From: Azolla caroliniana
Lineage: Eukaryota > Plantae > Polypodiophyta
Length of the DNA stretch: 64,000 nt
Direction of reading: 5' to 3'
Assembly: GCA_043228905.1 (NCBI GenBank)
Contig: JBHGNT010000002.1
Span: 21,266,001 to 21,330,000 of the forward strand
The position numbers and the translations under genes were made by a program. Positions 24,854 through 37,517 of the stretch are shown piece by piece. The stretch's first letter is position 1. Each line of letters starts with the position of its first letter. The notes beneath the pieces are model-generated. The model saw only the letters and a program-made list of their open reading frames with translations, was not told where the DNA came from and did not search any database.

Positions 24854-26413
24854 CATGAGCTACTTTTGTAGAGTTGTCAGGCTCTTGTTTGGCAGCTACT
24901 TTCATCGCAAAGGCATAATGATGGGCCATATACTCATTGTAGTCAAACCAAGTGACGGAGTTCTTCTCTCTAGATGAACGTCGAGGTTTTTTGCTTGCTG
25001 ATGTGAGCACCTTCTTTACTTCAAGTGTCTACATGATGGGTACACCAAATGCACTGTCTAGTGAGAGAGCCGACACATCCGAATCATTGTCATCGGGATG
25101 GTCGACTTCGTATTCAAGTATCTTACCTTTGCCTTTGTCCAAGTTCGGACTTGGCCGTGACGTGCTTTGGTCACATGAAGGCTCATGTGGGCCACTAAGG
25201 TCGGTAGAGCTGGGATTATCCTTTGTTGAAGGACTTGGCCGAATATCGTCATCTGAGTTGACGTTCAACTCTTCCTCGATCGGGTTGGATGGAGCCAATT
25301 GGGCTTATACCAAGATGCCAATTTGTCGAAGACTACGTCTCGACTCACCTAAACCACTCGAGTCGAGGGGTTAAAGCACTTGTATGCCTTCTTCCAGGCG
25401 AGTATCCTACGAGGATACATTTCTCCGACTTCGTGTCAGGCTTCTGTCGGTTTTCGTTCAGGATGCCTACATTCGCAAAGCTTCCGAACACTTTGAGGTG
25501 CGACAGGATTGGTTTCCTTCCGACAAGGAGCTCGTATGGAGTTAGCTCATGTACTCCATTAGTGGTGCATCGATTCATGAGATAGATGTTCGTGGATGCC
25601 ACTTCGGCCCAGTAGAAGTTCGGCATGTGCTTCTCATGCATCATGGCGCGTGCTACCTTGAGTATATGCCAATTCTTCCTTTCGGCTACTCCATTATGTT
25701 GGGGTGTGTGTCGGCATAAGAATCCTCTCCAAATGCCTTCACCTTGGAGGTAAGATATGAATTCTTCGGAGAAGTACTCATTTCCTCCATTCGATTGTAG
25801 GCATCAAATGTGCCAACCGGTTTCATTTTTGACATGGCTCTTGACCTTTAGAAAGTGGGAGAGCACTTCGCTCTTCTTCTTCATCGGGAAGATCTATGTG
25901 TAGTGTGAGTAGTCGTCGATGAAGGTGACATAGTATCGGCATCCGCCGATCGTCGGCATTTGAGCCGGTCCACATACATTCGAGTGTATGCGTCGAGGAG
26001 GCCTTTTCTTACGTAGCTCTCCTTTGGGAATGAGAGTTGATATTGTTTGCCGAGTTGACAGGCTTCGCACACTTGGTCGACTCGTTTCGACTCAAATGTT
26101 GAAAATCCGATGATGACTCCCTTTGATTGCATCGCTCGAAGCCGATGGAGGTTGATGTGGCCAATTCTCTTCTGCCACAACATGATGCTTGTATCAGTTT
26201 TGAGATCTTTGGCATACATGGCCGATTTCACCTCGTTTGAATCAAGAATGAACATTCGACCATCTCTCCATCCTTTAGCTATGAGTCGGCCATCTTTGTC
26301 GATGAAACATCCTTCGTTATTGAAACGAACTTGCATGCCTTGGTCCACAATTTGGCCGACCGAGACCAAATTCTTTGTTATTGTGGGCACGTGCAAGACA
26401 TTTTTGATGCAAT
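24854..26413 (-). pseudogene. pol: GAG-pre-integrase and integrase remnant of E0
   Basis: KNVLHVPTITKNLVSVGQ, CEACQLGKQ, KSEKCILVGY on the minus strand. Confidence 0.88.
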
Positions 26414-29400
26414 TGTTAAGTTTATGGTCGATTTTTAGATTCACGTAGGAAGCCTGAGCCGGATCAACATCCGGAAGGATGAGTCGTATCGGTATCCGGA
26501 TGGTATCCAGAAACAACCGGCCGGATTGCGAAGATGGATTGGAGAGCCGAATTCGAACGGGAACCAGAAGCCTAGTAGTAGCCTAGACTACTAAGTAATC
26601 ATTGTCTCGTAGTTAGTGTCAGTTGCACGTAGGAATATTTAAGTACCTATCAGTACTTTTGTCAGTCCTATATGGACTTGTATAAATAGTGTTGTTTAGC
26701 ACGTTGTATGTACAGAGTTTTAGAGTTATTTTTTGAATAGAGTTTATGTTCTGCTCTCTCTGTCTCTCCCATATATGTCTCATTAGAGTTTTAGAGTTAT
26801 TTTTAGAGTTGTATGTCTCTCTGTGTTAAGCTTCTCCATTACAAACCTTCATCTCATTTTCTATTGCTATCCGGTTGAGCCGGTTTTGTCTGACGCTTCC
26901 GCACATTAACATTTACATGGTATCAGAGTGTGAGGGTTGAGAACCTCTGTAGCCGACACTTGCTTCTGTAGATGAACCCTAGAACCTGGTAACAACAAAA
27001 AGAGAGAAGATATGGACAGAGGAATGGCGAGTTCACTTCCAATAGAGAAGCTCGACCGGAGCAACTACGCGTCCTAATCATATAAAATGCACCAGTACCT
27101 ATTGGGGCATGGATATTGGAACAAATGAAGTAGCACCGGAGCCGTCACAAAAGGACTTCCCGGTATGGGAGCAGGGAGCAAACCCAGTATTGTACTGCCT
27201 CGCATCCTTTGTGCACGATCAGATGCTCAACTAGATCAAGGATGAAAAGACACCGAAGGAGGCCTAGGGAAATCTGAGGAAGATTTTCGCCGCAAGTACC
27301 ATAGCCCGTAAGTTGTAGCTCTGACAAGAACTGAACCATATCCAGCAAAGAGACATGTCGTTTACGGATTACACCACCAAAATCAAGGAGATTTGAGACG
27401 CACTCAGGTCCGTCAACGTGACGGTGGAAGAAGACGAGATGGTACAAATCTGCCTCGGTGGTCTAGCGCAAATGTACGGGCCAATCCGGACTGCGATCTG
27501 CACTCGGGAGAAACCACTGTCTTTCTTCGACTTGCAATCGATGCTGATGGTCGAAGAAAACCACGCGAGTGGGTCAAGGACCACTCAATCGGACGGTCGG
27601 CTACTGTATGCGGAGACAGATCGGCCTCACGGACGTGGTGGACGAGGTGGGTTGGCACGCAATGGAGGTGGCTGGCAAGAGCAAGACCAGAGGCATAGAG
27701 GAGGTTCCGACAGCAGTTCTGAACCCTCCACAAGCAGGGGGAGTCAAAGCGGTGCCAGGAGCCGGCAAGGAAAGGCTGACACAGAATGTTGGTACTGTGG
27801 CAAAAAGGGCCACAGGGAAAGCGAGTGTTGGAAGAAGCGCGCCGATTCGGACAAATCTGGATCCGGCAAAACCGGTCGGGAGAACCGGCAAAGCTCGCAC
27901 TACGCAGGAAGGATCGGAAGGATCCGGAACCGGGAAAACCGGTAAAGGGCTAGCCTTCGTGATGAAACACAAGGCTAACTCAATGAAGAAGACTACTTCC
28001 AAATCGGAGGAAGTATGGTACCTTGATTCCGGAGCGTCCAACCACATGACGAGCCATGAAGAGTGGTTCTCCTTTTTGGAGAAGACCGAACAACCGGGGA
28101 TTGTCGAAACGGAGATGACACCCCTCACCTGATTGTGCATGTCGGAGAAGTCCCTTTAAGCCATGTCGGGCAAAAGGGGAAGCTGATGAACGTACCACAC
28201 GTTCCGACTATCACAAAGAACCTGGTGTTAGTTGGACAAATCGTCGACCAAGGGATGCAGGTGCGGTTTACGCACCTAGGGTGCTTCATCGAGGAAGAAG
28301 GCCGGATACTTGTGCAAGGGCGTAGAGAAGGGACGATGTTCATCCTCAACACCAATGACGTTGGCACCGCCATGTTTGCCAAAGGGCAGAAGGTCGAGTC
28401 GAACATCGACCTGTGGCACAAGCGGATCGGCCACGTCAACTACCGAAGGCTTCAGGACCTGCAATCGAAACAGGTTGTCTTCGGTTTGCCAAAATTTAGC
28501 GACTAGAAGGCCAAAATTTGTGAGGCCTGCCAACTCGGGAAGCAACATAAGCTTCCATTCCCCACCGATCAAAACTGGAGGAATAACAAGCTCAATTTAA
28601 TCCATTGGGATGTATGGGGACCAGCACAAAATGTTAGTCTTGCTGGGAGTCGGTATTTCGTCTCCTTCATCAACGACTACAGCCGGCACTCGTGGATCTA
28701 CCTCATCGAGAGGAGGAGCGAAGTCTTCAGGTGTTTCCAGAACCTTCAAAGCTTGGTTGAACGGGAAATGGAGAGAAAGATCAAGTGCCTGCAGTCAGAT
28801 AGCGGAAAGAATACTTTTCCGGCCAATTCAACAGTTATCTGCAATAGAACGGAATTCGGAGAAAATTTAGCTGCAGGTACACACCGGACCATAACGGTGT
28901 GGTCGAAAGGAAGAACCGGTCTATTGTCGACACGACAAGGGCAATGCTAGAGGAGAAGAGCATGCCCCATTTCTACTGGGCTGAGGCGGTCCGGACGACC
29001 GTCTACATCCAAAACCGGATTAGTCACAACGTGTCAGCACACGAGTTGTATTTCGGGCGCAACCTGAATTTGAGACACCTTCGGATATTCGGTAGCGTAG
29101 CATATGTGCATGTACCGGATGAGAAGCGGAAAAAGCTAGATCCGAAGTCGGAGAAGTGCATCCTAGTTGGTTACTTGCATGAGCGAAAGGGGTATAAGTG
29201 CTATAACCTTCTGAATAAGCAGGTCCGAGTAAGCCGAGATGTCGAGTTTGATGAGACGGCATCATGGTACTCCTTACCGATTCCAACTCCCCACGAAGAC
29301 CCGATTCTGGAAGATGAGGCTAGTGAGCCCGAGGAGGTCCGAATAGACGATGAGAAGCTGGAGACTCTAGAAGAGAGTCCGGAATCATTTCAGTTGAGTG

Positions 29401-29510
29401 TATCAAATGAGCGATTGGGTCAAAGTGACCAGTTCGATGAAGAACCGGCGAGTAATGGAGATTTTGTCGTGCTCTCCTAGCGCAAGGAACCATAGAGACA
29501 ATTCACGCAC

Positions 29511-31410
29511 TGTCGTGAAGATTTCCGGCTACGGTGTGAAACCGGGGTGGAAAGGGCAAGTCGGTGGTGTGCAACATGTGCACATGTATGGTAGGAAAAC
29601 GGTGTATGGAATAAGGGGGAGTATTTATCCCACATTCTAATGTCCCTCCCTCCTTGGGCTATAAAAGGAAGGGAGGGGTCTCTTGTGAAGGGTTGCCCAT
29701 TTTGAGTCGTAAAGGTATACCATTTTGTCGAGGGTCATTTTGTTTTCTAGGGTTAGTAACTTCTTCTTCTTCTTCTTCTCCTCTTGAGAAGTGGGCGCTG
29801 CAGCCACGGCGACAAAGCTCTATTAGGGTTAACTTCTTCCGAGCATAGCCCGGCTCGAAGCCAGGGTCGTATCTTTTCACTTGTAATGTACATACGCATA
29901 TATGTTCGTGCATATTGGCGTATTTGGTGGTGTCGGGAGCATAGCCCCCTTGTTTCCTGTGTATAAGAGTCGGTGTCGCACGCATGCTCTCTCTCTCTGT
30001 CTCTCTCTCTCGTGTTCGGTTGCCTCCGAGACGTGTCCGGAGTCGGTTTTATCGGCATCCCTTCTCCCTCGTCTGAGATCCCTGTGGTCCCGCCCATTCT
30101 ACACGCACGCGTGTAATAACGCGACATCTTTGGTGAACCCGACATGAAGAGCGGCAAGGGAGGATGGAGTTGGAAGAAGATGACCTCACGCAACTTTTTC
30201 TCGAAGCGGTGAGGGAGTTTGGACAAGCAACAACAAGAAGAGAGACAGCACAACAAGCTATATAGTGAGTGGCCGAAAGAGTCAGTCATTTCAACAGGGA
30301 CGAAGTCCCATTCTACTTGGAAGCCTACAACGCAGAAATGGAGGAGCGAGACGTAGACGAGGCGTTGAGGCTGGAGATCTTCTGTCGGGTCGTCACCGTC
30401 CGTATGCACGCGGAAGTGAAGGAACTCCGAGAAGCTCATAGTTCGTGGGAGGCCTTCGAAGAGGCGCTCCTGCAGGCATATGGAGGACGGCGGAAGAGCC
30501 GGGGACGACGCGGCTTCGACCAGTGGGTGGCATCGGCGAAGACCCACCGGGGCGCAACGAAGGTGTTCCGAGAGTTCGAGCGACGGCTTGCTCAGCTCCT
30601 AGAGCGGGAGCAAGGTTTGGTGGGGGCGGACAAAGTCCTGTTGTTCGTTAGGTCGATCGACCAAGCGGAACGGGAGGCCATCGGGATTGAGCTCGAAGAT
30701 GAGGATGGAGTGAATGGCCTTACTGAGGACTGTTCGAAGGTCGGAAGGGTATGCCAACGGCTAGATGATGAGCGGGCCAAGAAGGTTAGAGGAAGGCACG
30801 CGATGGCACGCCATCATAGCGGGAAGAGGTCAAACGGCAAACAGAGTCAGCAAGGCTTGGCTTCAGGGCCAGGATTGCGGAGGCGTACGCAGCTCTCCAG
30901 GCAATGCTCGAGGAAGAGGAAAGATCGAGGCCGCAAGCTAACGCCGAGGAGATGGACTTGCTCCATGAGTTGGCAGAAGATCGGTACCACGGTACCACAG
31001 GAGAGGGTGCGGAACATAACGCCCTCTCGGCTTGCGGAGATATAACGGCCGAGGACAAGGCCGAGATGCCGATCGCAAAATCGGAATAGTGAAACCGGCG
31101 GTTTCGGGCACGTCAGCCCGAAACTCCGGACATTGGAAAAGAAAGGCCAAGTGGGGCTTGCGCAATCGGGAAGAGGACGACCACCGACCACGAGCAGCCG
31201 GTGGCTATGGAAAAGGGTGTAAATAGGACGGGCGATTCTACGCGTCTTCCCACACTTGCTCCCAAGATGATGGCAGTCGGGCCCGAGTGCCCACGTGAGT
31301 CCCAAGAGGAGAAAGGCGGTGGCGTGAGACCAAGAATCGTTGGCGAGACGATACAAGAAGGAACGGACAAAAGCCCTCGGATACAATCATTGGCGAGACG
31401 ATACAATCGG
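29511..31410 (+). mobile_element. Element F: 5' part of a tRNA-Trp-primed gypsy (LTR, PBS, gag-like ORF); no pol or 3' LTR
   Basis: LTR TGTCGTG...CGCGACA at 29511-30126; PBS TGGTGAACCCGACATGA at 30131-30147; ORF 30269-31045 resembles the gag of B and G. Confidence 0.85.
30269..31045 (+). pseudogene. gag: Gag-like ORF of F
   Basis: HFNRDEVPFYLEAYNAEM aligns by eye with QLNGKDVSRYLQDYKAEM in G; also DKVLLFVRSID and GLTED. Confidence 0.75.
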
Positions 31411-34400
31411 TGGCGCAAATTGGCGTGCCACTATAGAAGAAGAAATGCGAGCACTCGATATGAATGACATATGGGACCTCGTTGACCCTCCCCGACACTG
31501 TAAACCGATCGGTTGCAAATGGGTGTACTAGGTAAAGTGTAATGCCGACAGTTGAGTTAACCGGTACAAGGCCCGGTTAGTGGCAAAGGGATACGCACAG
31601 ACCCACGGAATCGATTACAACGAGACCTTCGCCCCGGTAGCGAAGTTGACGACAGTTCGTGTGGTACTGGTTGTTGTTGCGACAAGGGAGTGGCATTTTC
31701 ACTAGATGGACGTGAAGAATGTGTTTCTTCAAGGTGACCTTGAAGAACGGATCTATATGATCCAACCTCTCAGTTTTCAGTCGGAGATGAACAAGTCGGC
31801 GGTGTGCCGGCTTAAGAAGTCACTTTACGGTCTGAAATAAGCCCCTCGAGCTTGGAATTCAAAGATTACGCACCAGTTGCATAAGATGGGGTTTGTGACC
31901 TCTAAATCCGACTCATCGTTGTTCATTCGGCAAGGTCCGGATGGTCCGGTTTGCATCTTGCTTTATGTAGATGTTTTGGTCATGACCGGACCCAGACTCA
32001 ATGAAATCACTTGAGTAAAGTCCTAGCTATCTGGCGCATTTGAAATGAAGGACCTGGGGGATCATCTGGCTTCAGCGACTGCTGCAAGACCTGTGGATTG
32101 AGGTACCGACCCCGATCCTGATCTATTGTGACAACATGAGCAACATTTAGCTCACGAAGAACCCCGTGTTCCATGCTCGGAAAAAACACATAGAAGTGCA
32201 TTATCACTTCGTGCGTGAGCGGGTTTTGAGCGGTGAAGTTGAATTGCGGTATGTTCAGACGGATCGGCAAGTTGCCGATATCTTCACCAAACCGCTCGGA
32301 TCGGACAAGTTGCAGCACTTCACCGAAATGCTTGGTGTTCACCATCTTGACGTGCCTCACTTGAGGGGGAGAAGGAAAGGGAACGGAGGGCACCAGACAA
32401 GGAGCCGGAGAAGAAGAAAGAACCAACAAAGGGGGAGACAAAGGGAAAAAGGAAGCCAAGTCGACGAAGGAAGTCAGCAAATCAGAACGAGTCGGAACAA
32501 GTGGTAGCGGTGACATAGTCAAGAAGGATAGAGCCGACCAGAAGGAGAAGGCCAAGACCTGGACATGGTCTGATATGGTGAAGGGCCTGAAACCGGAAGA
32601 CGAGTTGGAGAACACCGACTCGGACAAGAGCTGGAACGAATCGGGAGTGACCGATTCAAACAAGAGCTAGAACGAATCGAAGGAAACTGATTCGGTTCAA
32701 GATTCGGAGAAGCCAGATCAACTAAAGGCCAAACGGACACGGAAGCAACAGAAGTCGATGCCAACACGAAGAACCGATGGGTCGACAAGCGTCAAAGTCG
32801 CAGCAGTGAGGGAGCAAAAATGGGCCTGTTGAGCAGACAAGCCGAATGAGGAGGTCGAAGTGCGCAGAACCAGAAGGGTCGCGGCAAACAGGACCGGACC
32901 GGACAAGGAGCGCAAGCAAGGTGGAGCAACGCCAAAAGGAGCCACGTAGAGGAACCGGCTGCCAGGGACACCAACACCAAGATCCGACCTCAAGTTGAGC
33001 TTGAGGGGAAATTTTGAGCAAGCAAGCTCAACCAGATCCGGATCGGCTAAGGAAGCCTGAGTTGGATCGACATCCGAAAGGATGAGCCGGATCGGTATCC
33101 GGAAACAACCGTCCGGTTCGTGGAGACGGATCGGAGAGCCGGATTCGAGCAGAAACCAGAAGCCTAGTAGTAGCCTAGACTACTAGGTAATCATTGTCTC
33201 GTAGTTAGTGTCAATCACACGTAGGAATATTTAAGTACCTGTCAGTACTTCTGTCAGTCCTTTATGGACTTTTATAAATAGTGTTGTTTAGCACGTTGTA
33301 GGTACAGAGTTGGAGAGTTATTTTGAATAAACATTTTACGTTTTGCTCTCTCTGTCTCCCCTGTGTATACTCTCTCTCTCTCTCTCTCTATGTATTAAGC
33401 TTTTCCATTAAACCTCTTATTCTCTGTTGCTATCTGACTGAGCCGGTTCTGTCTAACGCTTCCTCACATTTACATTCACATGTTCTTTATCTCATCCTCA
33501 ATCTTATGGTCAAACTAGATGAGCCAATCAAGCTATTGAAGATATGCTTCGAATTTATGTGGCAATGAAGCTTACAAAATTATAACAATATCCCTCCTTA
33601 TTAGAGTCCACTTATAAGTTATAATGGCTCTAAACATATTGTAACTCTTTACTAGGCGTCTTGGCATCTCGAATGTGGCTAAGCATGTGGTCGTGGACAC
33701 ATGTTGCCAAGCAATACATTACCCGACTCACTCCTTGCTCCCACGTTCAGTAGTTGGCTTTTGTGATGTCAGGTTTGTTTTCGAGTGCACCGGTCATGTA
33801 GCTCCAATACCCTTGGCCGACTAGGTATTGGTTCATCTTGACTCCCAAGATGAGTAATTGCTTTGGTCTTGCTTTTCATTAGCGAGCGAGCTACTCATTT
33901 GTGTGTTCATGTTGATGTAGTGACTTCCTTTTTCGGTTTTTTTTATTCGGTCACGTACACATGCTACGTAACGACACTACGATAGCAGATGCCGGAATTT
34001 GTCGTCGGCGTTTCGAACACACAATCATGAAGACTTGGGTGATCTTAGTGGATGAGCTAAACCACACACTCCTATATCATGTTAAGAATTAGGTAATTAA
34101 CTACGGGTTAATTAGTACCTAATTATGTGATTAAGGAGCGAAAGATTATGTGATGTGTGTGTATGTATGTGAGAGTGTGAGAGGAAGAGAGAAAGAACAC
34201 TTATGAACAACAAGACAAGATGGAGGATGATTAACTATATTAAAAAAGCCTCATCATCAAATACAAAAGTACCCACAATGAGGTATATATACATCTGATG
34301 TGCAAAGGTGCACGTGTGTGAGTAGAATATAGGTACAAAGGTGTAAGTCCTATATGAAATGATAAGGGGAGTGGAGGATCTACAATGTATCCCACTCAAG

Positions 34401-35859
34401 TACAAAATCCTATTTAAGGATTTAAGGTCAACACGCTAACTAGATTCTATCTACGTAACTACTAAGTTACATGTGTTTACTAACTAACTAAATCTAGTTG
34501 AGCTTGATATCTCAACATTTATCAAGGTAGTCTTAGGGAAAAAGCATAAAATTTTTGATGTAATCCATGTTATGTCTTGCATAACCTAAACAACTCATTC
34601 TAGAATCATACTCACACACCATGCCACTTTTAAGTGCTCAAATTTGCAATTTTCTTTGAGTTTCCATATTGGCTGGACACAAATTCTCATACAGTGATTT
34701 GACGAGAATAATCGGAGAAAATTCATTATATCCATAGTTGTCTTTTTTAGTTCAGAATATTAGTCAACAACTAGAGACATTGAGAACATGAACCAATGTA
34801 AATTGAATTTTAAAGGTGCAAACATTTCCAACATCTATAGTTATAAGAAATAGTGTGAAAAGTAGGCGACCCTTTTTATAATGGATGTTTGGAGGTAGTT
34901 CCTAAATTAACAACTAAACTCAAGAAAACATTAAGACATGTTCATATCCATATGCATATTTGTATAATGAGATTTCTAATAACGAACACTTTGGGCACTT
35001 ATTGAAGGGTTGTTAAATAAAAAGGGAGTCTTTTTCACAAAAGTTGTGGACAATCTCTTCACATTTCAACAAGTGGCATTACCATTTTAACGAAACATTT
35101 CACAAACATGTGACTTGAATGTTGGTTTAAAAAGTGTTCAAAGTTCTAGGAGATTGTTGGAGACAACACTGAACAAAGAATGTGGACATCAACACAAATG
35201 TCTTCAAACCATTCCACAATCAATAGTGTGCATGTTATAACAAATAAGGTTATTAATATGCTCCAAGTTACTGCAACATTAAGTATTAAAGTGTTTATGT
35301 TTCGTTTTTCAGGAAAGATGCAAATGATATCTTAGTTGCGGTTAGTTGAACATATGATGAAATTTATAAACCAATTTGCTCTTCACTATGTATTGATAGA
35401 TGATGATTGCTCTATGAAAAACATCAAAATGATGATTTCTCCCATGTGGCAAAATTTCCCATTTGTGGTTGCCTTCAATTACAATGTGCAAGAAATCATT
35501 ATTGTTTTAATACTTTCGAATTTTCATTTGGAATGAATATAATTAAGGTTCAAAAACCATGGGTTTAGGCCTACGAATAAAATATTACCAGAGAAAAAAT
35601 AGTTAAAAATATTAGAATCCAAGGGATATTACTAAAACATCAATCATTGTTCGAGAAATAATGTAAAATACCTCTGAAAATATTAGAATTGCTAAACAAT
35701 CATTCTCTGTCTTCTCACACTTGTCTCACTCAATTCTTAATAATGACATCTTACTTTTACAAAATGTCCAAATACTTTCAATTAGTGTTTACAATTTCAC
35801 TTTATTTTTAGATAGAGGAGGAAGTTGGGGAGTGAGAGTAAGATTTTGAGAATTTGGAG

Positions 35860-35863
<4 letters not shown>

Positions 35864-35900
<37 letters not shown>
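35864..35900. repeat. (GA)n microsatellite
   Basis: Pure GA run. Confidence 0.95.
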
Positions 35901-35909
<9 letters not shown>

Positions 35910-36425
35910 TAGAATTAGAATTTTTATCATCCATAAAGAGGCCAATTTTGACCTATGGGACTAGAGTATACATGTGTTCTTGATATGTGTCTCCTTCCTA
36001 AGAAGGGGTATTCATATATTGAGAGAGAGAGAGAGAGGGAGAGAGAGATCCATAGTTCATTTGCGTGGATATTCATCATTTTATGTAGGACACCATAATA
36101 ATCATTATTCAAGTGTGGTATTAATCACGTGGAATTAATATAATCCTCAAGTGGTGCATAATGATCCTTATGGCTGGTTTTTGGTTATAGAAATCTTTTT
36201 TTTTTTGCGAGGTTGTGTGGGTGGTTGAGATTTATGCCCCTAACCAAGCCACTCAATGTATTGCATTATGGGCTTCATCCTTCAAACCCTATGTGTGGGC
36301 CGTCCATGATTACTTATGGGTGATTTTAACATGTGTGTTGAACATCTCAATGTATGCCTGAACATTTAGTCATGGATGATCCTGAGGAACTTGCTTGGAA
36401 TTCATTGACTATGGAGGTTCTGAGG

Positions 36426-36800
36426 TGTTGGGAAACAGGTCCCTCCGAATGGGAAGAGAACAAACCGAATCGAGTGGAGTCAATGAGTAGAAGATACCAT
36501 TGGCTCCGAGAGTGAGTAGAAGAGTTTGCTCTAGTGAAGGTGCATACAATGGAGAATGGCTCGGACATGCTAACGAAGGTGCTATCGGCCGAGAAACTGA
36601 ATGAGTGCCGACAGAGGGTCGGATTGGTGAAGTACCCCATGCCGGAGTGAAAGGGGAGCTTGTTGGGAAACAGGTCCCTCCGGATGGAAAGAGAACAAAC
36701 CGAATCAAGTGGTATCAATGAGTATTTCAGTCGAGGCCGTAATAAAAAACCGAAACCAAAATCAGGAGACCATATATGTAAATAGTCTAAATGTGCCCCT
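36426..36800 (+). mobile_element. Element M: very small Tork-like copia remnant (LTR stub, RNase H end, PPT, partial 3' LTR)
   Basis: TGTTGGGAAACAGGTCCCTCC at 36426 and 36661; between them VKVHTMENGSDMLTK and PPT GGAGTGAAAGGGGAG. Confidence 0.85.
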
Positions 36801-37239
36801 TGTGGGCTATATATATAAATAGCTAGAAAGTTGTATAAGAATAAATATAATAACGGTGTGGAATCATTATAAACACGTTCGCGTTCACAAGTGGAAGGAT
36901 CGCGCATAAATGGAAGGACAAGGAATATTTTGGTTGATTTTAGTACTTTTTCAATGATTTTACAAAATACATTGATACCAGTATCATACACGTTCAAATA
37001 TACTACGAAAAAGGTTAAAAATTCACTATTTTTGTGATTTAGAAGTAACTAAAAAATGAGGAAATTCAAAAAGTTACATTCGCAATTTATATCACAAACT
37101 TTACAACCAATGTTATTTTATAAGAAACGATTTTTTAGAAATCATAAGAATTCAAAACACATGGTTTTATATTACTCGATTTGTTACAAGCGGAATGTAG
37201 TTACACTTAATAACCAAAAATACATTCATGATCACTCCA

Positions 37240-37517
37240 TTACGGAGAATCACTACTATAACTAATATACAATGACGATTCCTCCTCGTCATCCTCGGAT
37301 ATACCAATTAGTGCATTATCTTCGTCATAAACCAAATGGTTTGACTCTAGACTATATGTAGCAGATCTCGTTTGCCTTTGAGTCGAGCCAACTTGTAGAC
37401 TTGATAATTTTTCTTTTACTATATCTATTGTTGACTTCCTTAATTGTCCGGCTTTTGTAAGTGTGAAGTCGTACACAATGATATCCACATCAAAGATATC
37501 AAGGGTCGAGGTGTTAC
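37240..37517 (-). pseudogene. C-terminal part of a non-retroviral ORF split by H
   Basis: TSTLDIFDVDIIVYDFTLTKAGQLRKSTIDIVKEK continues in frame from 42897 once H and one TSD copy are removed. Confidence 0.75.

Larger units (their letters stand above)
27012..32370 (+). pseudogene. pol: Gag-pol of E2 (gag, PR, INT at 27012-29510; RT and RH remnants at about 31410-32370)
   Basis: CWYCGKKGHRESEC, WYLDSGASNHM, KLDPKSEKCILVGY, WDLVDPP, KHIEVHYHFVRE. Confidence 0.9.
26446..33480 (+). mobile_element. Element E2: Ty1/copia, interrupted by F
   Basis: LTRs at about 26446-26917 (start replaced) and 33012-33480; PBS TGGTATCAGAG at 26918; PPT before 33012. Confidence 0.88.
18774..34517 (-). mobile_element. 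Element E0: copia hosting E1 and E2; RT and RNase H deleted
   Basis: LTRs 18774-19204 and 34080-34517; TSD TTTAT; reverse PPT at about 19205-19222; degenerate PBS at 34069-34079; gag start at 33910; integrase remnants at 24854-26413. Confidence 0.9.

Noticed and set aside
32370-33000. env-like or extra ORF in the 3' region of E2
   Set aside because: Purine-rich repetitive 3' UTR with short broken frames and no convincing transmembrane or conserved motif.
35300-36425. Host gene exon or promoter
   Set aside because: Only short AT-rich ORFs and microsatellites; no supportable exon structure or recognisable domain.
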